A DNA stretch of 64,000 bases from Bacteroidales bacterium (GCA_017540505.1 JAFYAW010000012.1:13847-77846), one strand, 5' to 3'; positions 26,146-35,827 are shown, numbered from the stretch's first letter. Translations and numbers: made by a program. Notes: generated by a model from the letters alone, not told the origin.

Positions 26146-26727
26146 ATGAAAAAATTAAACTCTGACAAGTTCGGTTTTCATCTGCTGGCCGCCATCGTGC
26201 TCACCATCGTGCTGATGGTGCTGGTGGTGCTGTTCTTACGACTCTTCACCCGCCACGGCAGAGAGTTCGAGATGCCGAGCTTCGTGGGCCAGAACGCGGA
26301 ATCGCTCACCCAGCGCGGACGGACCGAGGGCTTCGTGTTCATCGTGAACGAACACCTGTACGAGGACGGCAAAGCGCCCGGCACCGTACTGAAACAGGAC
26401 CCCGCCGCCGGCGAGAAGGTGAAACGGGGCCGCAAGGTCTATCTGACCGTGGCCACCGACGTGCCGCCCACCATCAAGATGCCCGAACTGCATGACGTAT
26501 CGCTCCGACAGGCCCAGATCATGCTGGAATCGCAGGGGCTGGTGCTGGCCAACATCATCGAAAAGCCAAGCCCGTATGAGAACGCCGTGCTGGAAGTGCT
26601 CTATAAAGGCCATGCCATCGCCGCCGGCACCGACATCAAAATGGGCGAGAAAATCACACTTGTCGTCGGGAAGAACATCGGATACCTGCCGGACACGGAG
26701 GCATCCACCGAAGAAATAACCAACTAA
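26146..26727 (+). CDS. PASTA domain-containing membrane protein
   Basis: Start chosen at MKKLNSDKF, downstream of the -7 box. TM anchor LLAAIVLTIVLMVLVVLFL. Two PASTA-like units (MPSFVGQNAESL...VYLTV; MPELHDVSLRQAQIMLESQGL...ITLVVG). Confidence 0.7.
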   Translation: MKKLNSDKFGFHLLAAIVLTIVLMVLVVLFLRLFTRHGREFEMPSFVGQNAESLTQRGRTEGFVFIVNEHLYEDGKAPGTVLKQDPAAGEKVKRGRKVYLTVATDVPPTIKMPELHDVSLRQAQIMLESQGLVLANIIEKPSPYENAVLEVLYKGHAIAAGTDIKMGEKITLVVGKNIGYLPDTEASTEEITN

Positions 26728-26736
26728 TCACAACGC

Positions 26737-28872
26737 ATGAAACTTGTTTCCAAAACCATTCTCCTTATAATCTGCCTGACCGCGGCCTCCTTCCATCTCC
26801 ATGCTCAAGAGATGCTGACGGGAGTGGTCCGCAACGCCGTCATCGCAAAGGCCGCTGCCAAAAGCCAACCCACCCGTGATCTGCCCACACCCGTGAAACT
26901 GCCCTTCATCGAAGATTTCTCCACCGGCATCGGCTATCCCAACCCGCACTATTGGACCGACCGGCAGGCTTTTGTCAACAACACATATCCCATCTACCCG
27001 CCCTCCATCGGGGTGGCCACGCTAGATGCCTTGGACGAGAACGGACGGGTGTATGCACACGCCGACCGCTCCACATTCCCCGCCGACACCCTCACCTCCG
27101 CACCCATCCGACTGGACAGCAACTTCTCCCAGCACAGACTTATGCGCATCGGTGACTCGCTCTATTTCAGCTTCTACTACCAGCCAGGCGGAGGCTGCCG
27201 CCAAAAACCACCTGTAGAGTGGATGCGTGTCGGCGACAAGCCCGAATATGACGACGAACTCATTCTGGAATTCGGATACGCCACCGGCAACCAGATATTC
27301 ATCGGATTCGCTTACGGCGACTTCACCGTTGGCGAAGGGGAACACTATCAGGCGGGCGACAGCTTGCCTAATCCTTTTATTCCAGGTACTTACTATGTTT
27401 TTGAAAACGCCGCCTTCCCCGGAGAGGTCATCATGATACCCTCCGACTCCCTGTTCGGTCCCGAATATGTGTGGAACGTGGTATGGTCCTCGCACGGCTG
27501 CTCGTTAGACTCCTGGCTGGCGGAAAATCCCTTGGATTATTTCAAACAGGTGATGATTCCCATCACCGACGAGCAATACCTGCGTCCCAACTTCCAATTC
27601 CGCTTCCGCAACTTCGCCTCCTTGGATCTGGACTCCTGGAGCAGCGGCAACATCGTGGGCTGGGCCAGCAACTGCGACCAATGGCACATCGACTACATCC
27701 GTTTGGATATCGGAAGAACTGCCAACAGCCTGTACCCCAGCGATGTGGCTTTTGTTTCGCCCACCACCAGCGCGCTGAATCTGTATCAAGCCATGCCCTG
27801 GAAACAATACCGTCCGTCGGACATGGCCGCCTCTTTCCACAACGACCTCAGCAACCTCTCCTCTTCGGCCATGAATACCTACTACTCCTACTCCGTTGTG
27901 AAAGAGCCCAACAGCTTCGTCTATGCCACGGACACATACAATGCCAACGCCTACCCCTATTATAACGACGGTCTCCATACCTACAGCTACCACGCCGACC
28001 CGTCCATTGATTTCGCCTACACGTATGACGGCCAGGATAGCGCCACGTTCCGCATCATGCACACATTCAGCCTGGTAGGTGCAAACGACGACTGCAAGTC
28101 CAACGACACCTGCATTTTTGAGCAGAAGTTCCACAACTACTACGCCTACGATGACGGCACCGCCGAGGCGGGCTACTGCCTCTACTCCACGATGACGCAT
28201 CCCGAGTCTTATCTGGCCGTCCAGTTCACGCTGGCCCAGCCCGACTCGCTGCAGTGCGTACGCTTCTGGTTCAACAGCGCCTTGAACGACGAAAACATCG
28301 ACTATTTCACCCTCATGGTCTGGGCCGACAACAACGGGGAACCCGGCGAAGTGTTATACTCGCTACCCTCGCAGCTGCCCGGCCACGCGGACGAGTTTCT
28401 GGATTTCGTAAGCTATTACCTCGAAGAGCCTATCGCCATAGAGGGCACCTTCTATGTGGGCTTCTACCAGAACCATAACGTGCAGCTTAACGTCGGCTTC
28501 GACCAGAACAACGACGCCAGCGGCCATTTCTTCTACAAAATTGCCAACGAATGGCTCCCGTCCTACTATGCAGGCGCACCTATGATCCGTCCCGTCGTCG
28601 GCAAGCGTTTCGATCACTCCGGAGTCCCCGCACGCACACAAGCCGACCTGCAGATCTACCCCAACCCCACGCACGACATTCTGCACGTGGAAACCGCTGA
28701 CAATCAAGATAATCTTTCCTATCAGGTATATGACATTTACGGCAAACTGTTGCAGTCAGGTTCCATCCTCTCCAACACCATCCGCTTGGGAGACTATGCC
28801 GACGGCCTCTATTTTGTCCGCATTTTGCAAAACAACCAAATCATCACCACCGAAAAAATCGTAAAGAAATAA
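26737..28872 (+). CDS. T9SS C-terminal sorting domain protein, function unknown
   Basis: 711 aa. Signal peptide MKLVSKTILLIICLTAASFHLHAQ. CTD: LQIYPNPTHDILHVETADNQDNLSYQVYDIYGKLL...GLYFVRILQNNQIITTEKIVKK. Confidence 0.7.
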   Translation: MKLVSKTILLIICLTAASFHLHAQEMLTGVVRNAVIAKAAAKSQPTRDLPTPVKLPFIEDFSTGIGYPNPHYWTDRQAFVNNTYPIYPPSIGVATLDALDENGRVYAHADRSTFPADTLTSAPIRLDSNFSQHRLMRIGDSLYFSFYYQPGGGCRQKPPVEWMRVGDKPEYDDELILEFGYATGNQIFIGFAYGDFTVGEGEHYQAGDSLPNPFIPGTYYVFENAAFPGEVIMIPSDSLFGPEYVWNVVWSSHGCSLDSWLAENPLDYFKQVMIPITDEQYLRPNFQFRFRNFASLDLDSWSSGNIVGWASNCDQWHIDYIRLDIGRTANSLYPSDVAFVSPTTSALNLYQAMPWKQYRPSDMAASFHNDLSNLSSSAMNTYYSYSVVKEPNSFVYATDTYNANAYPYYNDGLHTYSYHADPSIDFAYTYDGQDSATFRIMHTFSLVGANDDCKSNDTCIFEQKFHNYYAYDDGTAEAGYCLYSTMTHPESYLAVQFTLAQPDSLQCVRFWFNSALNDENIDYFTLMVWADNNGEPGEVLYSLPSQLPGHADEFLDFVSYYLEEPIAIEGTFYVGFYQNHNVQLNVGFDQNNDASGHFFYKIANEWLPSYYAGAPMIRPVVGKRFDHSGVPARTQADLQIYPNPTHDILHVETADNQDNLSYQVYDIYGKLLQSGSILSNTIRLGDYADGLYFVRILQNNQIITTEKIVKK

Positions 28873-29750
28873 TGAAACTCAATCTCACCCGCCCTTTGGT
28901 TTTCTTCGATCTTGAAACCACCGGCCTGAATGTCGGCAAAGATCACATTGTGGAAATATCGCTTATCAAAGTCATGCCGGACGGCAGCGAAGAAGAACGC
29001 ACCTACCTCATCCGCCCGGTAAATCTCGTAAAAGGGCTTGACGGCAATGTCCAGGAGATTGAAGTACATATTCCGGAAGAATGCAGTGCCATCCATGGCA
29101 TCTATGATGAGGATGTCTATGACAAACCCTCCTTCCCGGAACTGGCCGACGAGCTGCTGGCCTTCATCGGCGATGCGGATTTGGCCGGATTCAACTCCAA
29201 CAAATTCGATGTTCCTTTACTGCTGGAGGAGTTTTTGAGATGCGGGAAGGAGCTCAATATGCTGAATCGTCAACTTATTGACGTGCAGAACATTTTCCAT
29301 AAGATGGAACCGCGCAACCTGATTGCCGCATACAAGTTCTACTGCCACAAGGACCTGAACAATGCGCACAGTGCCAACGCCGACACGCGTGCCACCTACG
29401 AGGTCTTCAAGGCGCAATTGGAGCGTTACGCCGATACGGAATACACGGACCCCAGAACCCGCAAGGTGTCCAAACCCATCCAGAACGATGTCAAGGCTTT
29501 GAGCGCGTTCACCCGCGAGAACCGCAACGTGGACATGGCCGGGCACATCGTTTGGAACGCCCAGGACCAGGCCGTCTTCAATTTCGGCAAGCACAAGAAT
29601 GTTCCCGTCAAGGAGGTCTTCATGAAAGAACCCGCCTATTACGACTGGATGATGAAAGCCGATTTCCCGTTATACACCAAGGCGAAAATCACCGAATTAT
29701 ACAACGACGTGCGTCTGGAACGCAAATTCAACAGGACGTTGTTTGACTAA
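28872..29750 (+). CDS. 3'-5' exonuclease, DnaQ/DEDDh family
   Basis: 292 aa. ExoI motif VFFDLETTGL, ExoIII context NNAHSANADTRATYEVF. TAATG 1-nt overlap with the upstream gene. Confidence 0.8.
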   Translation: MKLNLTRPLVFFDLETTGLNVGKDHIVEISLIKVMPDGSEEERTYLIRPVNLVKGLDGNVQEIEVHIPEECSAIHGIYDEDVYDKPSFPELADELLAFIGDADLAGFNSNKFDVPLLLEEFLRCGKELNMLNRQLIDVQNIFHKMEPRNLIAAYKFYCHKDLNNAHSANADTRATYEVFKAQLERYADTEYTDPRTRKVSKPIQNDVKALSAFTRENRNVDMAGHIVWNAQDQAVFNFGKHKNVPVKEVFMKEPAYYDWMMKADFPLYTKAKITELYNDVRLERKFNRTLFD

Positions 29751-29778
29751 AAAAGAGGGTTTCGGCCCTCTTTTTTTT
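29751..29778 (+). terminator. rho-independent terminator
   Basis: AAAAGAGGG-TTTCGG-CCCTCTTTTTTTT: a 5-bp GC stem (29755-29759 / 29766-29770), extendable through A-T pairs, a UUCG-type loop and an 8-T run at 29771-29778. Confidence 0.75.
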
Positions 29779-29861
29779 GCCTTTGGAATATCCCTTTTTG
29801 AGGGGATGTAAAATGTGAAAAATTATTCGTTTCCGGCAGCTGAAAATTTCGGAAATAATGT

Positions 29862-29869
29862 TACATTTG
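29862..29869 (+). promoter_or_regulatory. Bacteroidetes -7 promoter box (TAnnTTTG), hydrogenase operon
   Basis: TACATTTG lies about 92 nt upstream of the ATG at 29961. The leader contains the small hairpin ACCCG-TTTTT-CGGGT. Confidence 0.5.
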
Positions 29870-29960
29870 CCCCGCGTTTCGCGTACCCGTTTTTCGGGTG
29901 TTTCGGAACGTCTATATTATTGTGTAACATCCTATAAATCAACAACTAAAACCCAATTAC

Positions 29961-30359
29961 ATGGAAAAAATTAAATCATTGGCTGATCTCAAGAAAAAGA
30001 GAGAAGAGCTCCAATCCAAAATTGAGTTGCGCGAAGAAGGCGACAACGTAGAAAACTTGGTTCAAATCAAGGTTGCTATGGCCACCTGCGGTATCGCTTC
30101 CGGTGCTAAGCAAACGATGGAAGCCATCATTGACGAGTGCAAGAAGCAGAACATCAAGGCTGTGGTTTCCCAGACCGGCTGCATGGGCTACTGCTATGCT
30201 GAGCCCACAGTGGAAGTCAAGAAACCGGGCGAGGATCCTATCGTGTTCGGCCACGTTGACACCAAGAAGGGTCAAGAACTGGTCACCAAATACATCAAGG
30301 ACGGTGAAATCCTCGAAGGCGTCATCCCCGTCAACTACGAAAAAATCGATAACAAATAA
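29961..30359 (+). CDS. thioredoxin-like [2Fe-2S] ferredoxin-domain protein (hydrogenase operon)
   Basis: 132 aa. Four Cys (MATCG, DECKK, TGCMGYC). First gene of the hydrogenase cluster. Confidence 0.6.
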   Translation: MEKIKSLADLKKKREELQSKIELREEGDNVENLVQIKVAMATCGIASGAKQTMEAIIDECKKQNIKAVVSQTGCMGYCYAEPTVEVKKPGEDPIVFGHVDTKKGQELVTKYIKDGEILEGVIPVNYEKIDNK

Positions 30360-30373
30360 CAAGGAGGTCTCCA

Positions 30374-32167
30374 ATGGCAAATTACAAATATCACATTCTG
30401 CTTTGCGGTGGTACTGGATGTACCGCTTCCGAAAGCCCGAAAATCAAAGAGAACTTTATCAACTTATTAGCTGAAAAGAATCTCAGCAACGACGTGCAAG
30501 TAGTCACCACCGGCTGTTTCGGTTTCTGTGAAAAGGGCCCCATCGTCAAGATTCTGCCCGACAACACGTTCTACACACAGGTGAAACCCGAAGACTGCCG
30601 CGAAATCATCGACGAGCACATCATCAAAGGTAGAAAAGTGCAGCGCCTGCTGTACGAAAACCCTGAGGATCAGAAACACATTTCCGACTCCAAGCACATG
30701 GGTTTCTACAAGAAACAGATGCGTATCGCGTTGCGTAACTGCGGTTTCATCGATCCTGAAAACATCGACGAATACATCGCACGCGACGGTTACAAGGCAT
30801 TGGCTTCCGTTCTGGAACAGAACGACCCCAAAGCCACCATCGACCTCATCAAGAAATCCGGTTTGCGTGGCCGTGGCGGCGCTGGCTTCCCCACAGGTTT
30901 GAAATGGGAACTCTGCGCCAAGAACGCCGCTGACCAGAAATACATCATCTGCAACGCTGACGAAGGCGACCCGGGTGCATTCATGGATCGTTCTATCTTG
31001 GAAGGCGACCCGCACTCCATCATCGAGGCTATGGCTATCGGTGGTTTCTGTATCGGTGCCACCATCGGTTTGGTTTACATCCGTGCTGAGTACCCACTGG
31101 CTATCCACCGTCTGCAGGTGGCTATCAAGCAGGCCCGCGAATACGGCCTGCTCGGCAAGGACATCTTCGGAACCGGTTTCGATTTCGACATCATCCTCCG
31201 CTACGGTGCCGGCGCATTCGTCTGCGGTGAGGAAACCGCTTTGATCCACTCCATGGAAGGTCTCCGTGGCGAACCTACCTTCAAACCGCCGTTCCCGGCC
31301 GTTGAAGGTTATCTCAAGAAACCGTCCAACGTGAACAACGTGGAAACCTACGCCAACATCCCTGTTATCATCAACAAGGGTTGGGAATGGTTCTCCTCCA
31401 TTGGAACAGAAAAATCCAAAGGTACGAAAGTGTTCGCTTTGGCTGGCCAGATCAACAACGTCGGTTTGATCGAAGTCCCGATGGGCATCACCCTGCGTGA
31501 GGTCATCTACGAAATCGGCGGCGGCATCAAGGGCGGCAAGAAATTCAAAGCCGTGCAAACCGGTGGTCCTTCCGGCGGTTGCTTGACCGAGAAGTTCCTC
31601 GACACCCCGATCGACTATGACAACCTCGTGGCTGCTGGCTCCATGATGGGCTCCGGCGGTATGATTGTCATGGACGAGACCTCCTGTATGGTTTCCGTGG
31701 CCAAGTTCTACCTCGACTTCACCGTGGAAGAGTCCTGCGGCAAGTGCTCACCCTGCCGTATCGGCAACAAGCGTCTGTGCGAAATCCTCGACAAGATCAC
31801 CAAGGGCCAAGGCACCATGGAAGACCTCGAGAAGCTCCGCAACTTGGCACACGTCATCAAAGATACTGCCCTCTGCGGTCTCGGCCAGACCTCCCCGAAC
31901 CCGGTATTGTCCACCATCGACAACTTCTGGGACGAGTATGTGGCACACGTGGTTGACAAGAAATGTCCTGCCGGCCAGTGCAAAGCCCTGAAACAATATG
32001 TCATCGATCCTGACAAGTGTAAAGGTTGTACGGCTTGCGCCCGCAACTGTCCAGTCGGTGCCATCAAGGGTACGGTGAAGATGCCGCATGAGATCAACCA
32101 AGAGCTCTGTATCAAGTGCGGTACCTGTATTGAAAAATGTAAGTTTAACGCAATTAGTATTAAATAG
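30374..32167 (+). CDS. hydB: NuoF-like NADH-binding flavoprotein subunit of [FeFe]-hydrogenase (HydB-type)
   Basis: 597 aa. N-terminal [2Fe-2S] context LLCGGTGCTAS...TTGCFGFCEKGP. FMN/NADH motif GLRGRGGAGFPTGLKW. ESCGKCSPCR. Two C-terminal ferredoxin motifs (CKGCTACARNCP, CIKCGTCIEKC). Confidence 0.88.
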   Translation: MANYKYHILLCGGTGCTASESPKIKENFINLLAEKNLSNDVQVVTTGCFGFCEKGPIVKILPDNTFYTQVKPEDCREIIDEHIIKGRKVQRLLYENPEDQKHISDSKHMGFYKKQMRIALRNCGFIDPENIDEYIARDGYKALASVLEQNDPKATIDLIKKSGLRGRGGAGFPTGLKWELCAKNAADQKYIICNADEGDPGAFMDRSILEGDPHSIIEAMAIGGFCIGATIGLVYIRAEYPLAIHRLQVAIKQAREYGLLGKDIFGTGFDFDIILRYGAGAFVCGEETALIHSMEGLRGEPTFKPPFPAVEGYLKKPSNVNNVETYANIPVIINKGWEWFSSIGTEKSKGTKVFALAGQINNVGLIEVPMGITLREVIYEIGGGIKGGKKFKAVQTGGPSGGCLTEKFLDTPIDYDNLVAAGSMMGSGGMIVMDETSCMVSVAKFYLDFTVEESCGKCSPCRIGNKRLCEILDKITKGQGTMEDLEKLRNLAHVIKDTALCGLGQTSPNPVLSTIDNFWDEYVAHVVDKKCPAGQCKALKQYVIDPDKCKGCTACARNCPVGAIKGTVKMPHEINQELCIKCGTCIEKCKFNAISIK

Positions 32168-32182
32168 TAAAAGGGTATTAAT

Positions 32183-33970
32183 ATGGATATGATAAAATTA
32201 ACAATAGACAATAGAGAAGTTGAAGTGCCGAAAGGTACCACTATTCTGAAAGCCGCTCAAGGCATGGGTATCGATATTCCTACCCTTTGCCATTTCGAGC
32301 TGAACAATTTAGGCGTGCACAACAAACCCGGCGGATGCCGTATTTGTGTGGTGGAAGTGGCCGGTCGTCGTAACCTGGCTCCCGCCTGTGTCACCGAATG
32401 TATGCCCGACATGGTGGTGAGAACCAACTCCATGCGCGTCATCAACGCCCGCAGAACCGTTCTCGAGCTGATCCTTTCCGACCACCCGGCCGACTGTCTG
32501 CAGTGCGCCAAGAACGGCAACTGCGAGCTGCAGAACCTCGCCGTGCGTTTCGGCATCCGCAAGAACCCGTTCATCGGACCGGAGCACTCCCAATCCTCCT
32601 ATCAGATTGAGGTTTCCCCGTCCATCATCCGCGACATGAACAAGTGCGTCATGTGCCGTCGTTGCGAGACGATGTGTAACGAGATGCAGACGGTGGGCGC
32701 TTTGTCCGCCATCGAGCGTGGTTTCCCGGCAGTGGTCTCCACCGCCTTCAACCAGCATCTGGATCACTCACCGTGTACCTTCTGCGGCCAGTGCGTCGCC
32801 GTTTGTCCGGTGGGCGCTCTTACCGAGGTTGACCACACCGGCGCCGTTCTCCGCGCCATCGTGGATCCTACCAAGAAGACGGTCGTCCAAGTGGCTCCCG
32901 CCGTGCGTGTGGCCATCGGCGAAGAGTTCGGCATGGAGCCCGGCACGATTGCTACGGGCAAGCTGACCGCCGCCCTGAAGGCCCTCGGTTTCGACTATGT
33001 ATTCGACACTGACTGGTCTGCCGACTTGACGATTATGGAAGAAGGCACCGAACTTATCGGCCGTCTGACCAAATATCTGGGTGGTGACAAGAGCGTTCCG
33101 CTTCCTATCCTCACCTCCTGCTGCCCTGCATGGGTGAACTTCTTCGAGCACCAGTTCCCTGAGATGAGAGATCTTCCTTCCACGGCAAAATCTCCGCAAC
33201 AGATGTTCGGTGCTATCGCCAAATCCTATTTTGCTGAAAAGATTGGTATCAAACGCGAAGATATGATCAGCGTGTCTGTGATGCCTTGCTTGGCCAAGAA
33301 ATATGAAGTTGGCCGTGACGAGTTCAAGGTAAATGGCAATCCTGATGTCGATTACTCCATCTCCACCCGCGAGTTGGCTCGTCTCATCAAGATGGCCAAC
33401 ATCGACTTCAAGTCCCTGCCTGATGCTGAATTCGACAGCCCGCTCGGTCAGTCCACTGGTGCTGGTGTTATCTTCGGTACCACGGGCGGTGTGATTGAGG
33501 CCGCTGTCCGTACCGCATACGAAGTCATCACCAAGAAACCGCTTCCGAAGATCGATTTCGAGGAACTGCGTGGTTTGGAAGGTGTTCGTAGCGCCACCAT
33601 CGATGTGGACGGCCTCAAGCTGAACATCGGTATCGCACATGGTCTGAAGAATGCCCGTAAGCTGCTGGAAGACATCAAAGCCGGCAAGTGCCAGTTCCAC
33701 GCCATCGAAATCATGGCTTGTCCTGGTGGTTGTATCGACGGTGCCGGTCAGCCGCTGCACCACGGTAATGCCGACATCATCAAGGCCCGTTGGGAAGCCA
33801 TCTACCGTGCCGATAGAGAGATGCCGATCCGTAAATCCCACGAGAACCCGTCCATCCAGGCCATCTACAAGGAATACCTGGGTGAACCTTGCGGTCACAA
33901 GTCTCACGAATTGTTGCACACCAACTATTTCGACAGACAGACCACCGTGGAAGTGGATTTAAACAAATAA
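32183..33970 (+). CDS. hydA: [FeFe]-hydrogenase catalytic subunit (HydA)
   Basis: 595 aa. N-terminal 2Fe-2S and 4Fe-4S domains (CRICVVEV, CLQCAKNGNCELQ, CVMCRRCETMC, CTFCGQCVAVCP). H-cluster motifs TSCCPAW, VMPCLAKKYE and EIMACPGGCIDGAGQP. Confidence 0.92.
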   Translation: MDMIKLTIDNREVEVPKGTTILKAAQGMGIDIPTLCHFELNNLGVHNKPGGCRICVVEVAGRRNLAPACVTECMPDMVVRTNSMRVINARRTVLELILSDHPADCLQCAKNGNCELQNLAVRFGIRKNPFIGPEHSQSSYQIEVSPSIIRDMNKCVMCRRCETMCNEMQTVGALSAIERGFPAVVSTAFNQHLDHSPCTFCGQCVAVCPVGALTEVDHTGAVLRAIVDPTKKTVVQVAPAVRVAIGEEFGMEPGTIATGKLTAALKALGFDYVFDTDWSADLTIMEEGTELIGRLTKYLGGDKSVPLPILTSCCPAWVNFFEHQFPEMRDLPSTAKSPQQMFGAIAKSYFAEKIGIKREDMISVSVMPCLAKKYEVGRDEFKVNGNPDVDYSISTRELARLIKMANIDFKSLPDAEFDSPLGQSTGAGVIFGTTGGVIEAAVRTAYEVITKKPLPKIDFEELRGLEGVRSATIDVDGLKLNIGIAHGLKNARKLLEDIKAGKCQFHAIEIMACPGGCIDGAGQPLHHGNADIIKARWEAIYRADREMPIRKSHENPSIQAIYKEYLGEPCGHKSHELLHTNYFDRQTTVEVDLNK

Positions 33971-33992
33971 TTAATCTGAAAAAAGCATAAAT

Positions 33993-34490
33993 ATGGATAA
34001 CAAGAAGATTATAATAAAAATGAAACCTGAGGTCAGGGAAAAAGTTATTGAAATTTGCGATAACTTCGGCAACAACCCTGGCGAACTCATCAATGTCTTA
34101 CATCAAACGCAGGATTTCCTCGGTTATCTGCCGGCAGAGGTTCAGGAGTTGATTGCTGAAAGACTGCACATGCCGACCGCCAAGGTTTACGGTGTGGTTT
34201 CCTTCTACGCATTCTTCACCATGACCCCGAAGGGCAAGTATCCCGTATCCGTGTGTATGGGTACCGCATGCTACGTGCGTGGTGGCGAGAAGATCCTGGA
34301 CGCCTTCAAGAAAGAGCTGGGCGTGGAAGTGGGCCAGACGGATGCCAACGGCCTCTTCTCCCTCACCTCTTTGCGTTGCGTGGGCGCCTGCGGTCTGGCA
34401 CCTGTCTGCCTCGTGGACGGCAAGGTGTATGGCCGTCTGGCTCCTGCCATGGTCAAGGACATTGTCAAGGAATACCGCGACAAAGAGTAG
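33993..34490 (+). CDS. hydC: NuoE-like [2Fe-2S] subunit of [FeFe]-hydrogenase (HydC-type)
   Basis: 165 aa. VSVCMGTACYVRGG...LRCVGACGLAP matches the Cx4C...CxxxC thioredoxin-like 2Fe-2S pattern. Confidence 0.85.
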   Translation: MDNKKIIIKMKPEVREKVIEICDNFGNNPGELINVLHQTQDFLGYLPAEVQELIAERLHMPTAKVYGVVSFYAFFTMTPKGKYPVSVCMGTACYVRGGEKILDAFKKELGVEVGQTDANGLFSLTSLRCVGACGLAPVCLVDGKVYGRLAPAMVKDIVKEYRDKE

Positions 34491-34510
34491 TGTTTTCCGC
34501 TACTGCTGAA

Positions 34511-34540
34511 AAAAGTCGGTCCATCGGGCCGACTTTTTTT
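34511..34540 (+). terminator. rho-independent terminator after the hydrogenase operon
   Basis: GTCGGTCC-ATC-GGGCCGAC: an 8-bp stem (one G-U pair) at 34515-34533, followed by 7 T and preceded by an A run. Confidence 0.8.
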
Positions 34541-34560
34541 GTGTGTATATATAAAATATG

Positions 34561-34568
34561 TATTTTTG
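34561..34568 (+). promoter_or_regulatory. Bacteroidetes -7 promoter box (TAnnTTTG)
   Basis: TATTTTTG lies 21 nt upstream of the ATG at 34589. Confidence 0.5.
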
Positions 34569-34588
34569 CCCTTGCAAAAGAAGAGATT

Positions 34589-34885
34589 ATGGACAGTAAA
34601 ATGATAGAGACCATCCGCGAGTATTTCAAGACCCAGCCGGTGTTGAAGGCCTGGATATTCGGCTCGTATGCGCGTGGGGAGGAGACTCCCGAAAGCGATG
34701 TGGACATCTTGGTGGATTTTGACAGAAACGCCAAGGTATCCCTTATAGGTCATGCAACAATGTTGTTAGACCTAGAGGATTTATTGAACCGAAAGGTTGA
34801 TTTAGTCAAGAATGGAACCCTATTGCCTTTTGCCGTTGAAACAGCAAATAGAGATAAAATACTGATTTATGAGAAGTCCGCTTAA
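34589..34885 (+). CDS. mntA: MNT-type nucleotidyltransferase antitoxin
   Basis: 98 aa from MDSKMIETIRE; the ORF-track start at 34253 runs through the terminator and promoter. GSYARGEETPESDVDILVDF matches the GSx10-13DxD nucleotidyltransferase motif. Confidence 0.8.
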   Translation: MDSKMIETIREYFKTQPVLKAWIFGSYARGEETPESDVDILVDFDRNAKVSLIGHATMLLDLEDLLNRKVDLVKNGTLLPFAVETANRDKILIYEKSA

Positions 34886-35222
34886 CGATAAAACAAAATT
34901 GGAACATATCCAAAATGCAATACTCACTATTGAGGAATATGTGGATGGAAAGATATTTGAAGACATCGTTTCCGATAAGATCCTGCGTCATGCGCTGACA
35001 TGGAACGTGCAAGTTATTGGCGAAGCCTCTAACAGATTATCTAAGGAGTTTCTTGAGGCCCATCCTGCCACAAATTGGCGCGGAGTGATTGGGATGCGGC
35101 ATGTCCTCGTCCATGACTATTATCAGATAGACGAAGATGAGCTATGGAACGTTATTGAAAAGGATCTCCCACCTCTCAAAGCCCAAATTGAACAATATTT
35201 GTCCGAAATGGACGAACAATAA
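34869..35222 (+). CDS. hepT: HepT-like (DUF86) RNase toxin
   Basis: 117 aa. RHVLVHDY matches the Rx4HxY catalytic motif. Overlaps the antitoxin gene by 17 nt. Confidence 0.8.
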   Translation: MRSPLNDKTKLEHIQNAILTIEEYVDGKIFEDIVSDKILRHALTWNVQVIGEASNRLSKEFLEAHPATNWRGVIGMRHVLVHDYYQIDEDELWNVIEKDLPPLKAQIEQYLSEMDEQ

Positions 35223-35245
35223 CGATATGCAATCCCAATTTTTCA

Positions 35246-35253
35246 TACCTTTG
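35246..35253 (+). promoter_or_regulatory. Bacteroidetes -7 promoter box (TAnnTTTG)
   Basis: TACCTTTG lies 40 nt upstream of the ATG at 35293. Confidence 0.5.
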
Positions 35254-35292
35254 CGGTCCTTAATTTAATATTAACCTATTAATACAAAAACT

Positions 35293-35796
35293 ATGGATTT
35301 AACCAGTATCATCAATTCCCTCACCGGCAACAATATGATCGGTGAAATCAGCAAGAAATTCAACATCGACACGACCAAGATAGTCAATGTCATCAAGGCG
35401 GCCATCCCGAAATTCCTGGGAGCCATGCAGAAGAACGCCGGCACTGCCGCGGGCGCATCCGCTCTGGTGCAGGCACTGAGCAGCCACGCGGGCCAAGGCA
35501 TGGGCATCAACATCGAAGACGGTAAAAAGATCCTCAGCAAGATCTTCGGCGGCAACCTCGGCTCCGTCATCTCCGGACTCTCCAGCCAGACCAGCACCAC
35601 CAACGATCAGGTTTCCAACATCCTGGCCTCCATCGCCCCTAACCTGCTCTCCATCTTAGGTAAGAACCACGCTTCTGCCGGCAGCAATATCGGCAATGTG
35701 CTGGGTTCCCTGCTGGGCGGCAGCAGCAGCTCGTCCACAACCTCTGGCGCCGGTAAGATTCTCGGCGGCCTGTTTGGCAAACTGATCAAGAAATAA
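35293..35796 (+). CDS. DUF937-like protein (Gly/Ser/Ala-rich, unknown function)
   Basis: 167 aa. MDLTSIINSLTGNNMIGEISKKFNID...ILGGLFGKLIKK. The composition and motifs resemble the DUF937 family. Confidence 0.6.
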   Translation: MDLTSIINSLTGNNMIGEISKKFNIDTTKIVNVIKAAIPKFLGAMQKNAGTAAGASALVQALSSHAGQGMGINIEDGKKILSKIFGGNLGSVISGLSSQTSTTNDQVSNILASIAPNLLSILGKNHASAGSNIGNVLGSLLGGSSSSSTTSGAGKILGGLFGKLIKK

Positions 35797-35827
35797 GACC
35801 TTGCGGTCTCACCTTGCATTCCCGCCC

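Noticed and set aside
35796-35809. Hairpin AGACC-TTGC-GGTCT right after the DUF937 stop, as a possible terminator.
   Set aside because: Only a 5-bp stem and no U tract. The next gene starts 19 nt later, so read-through or co-transcription is as likely.
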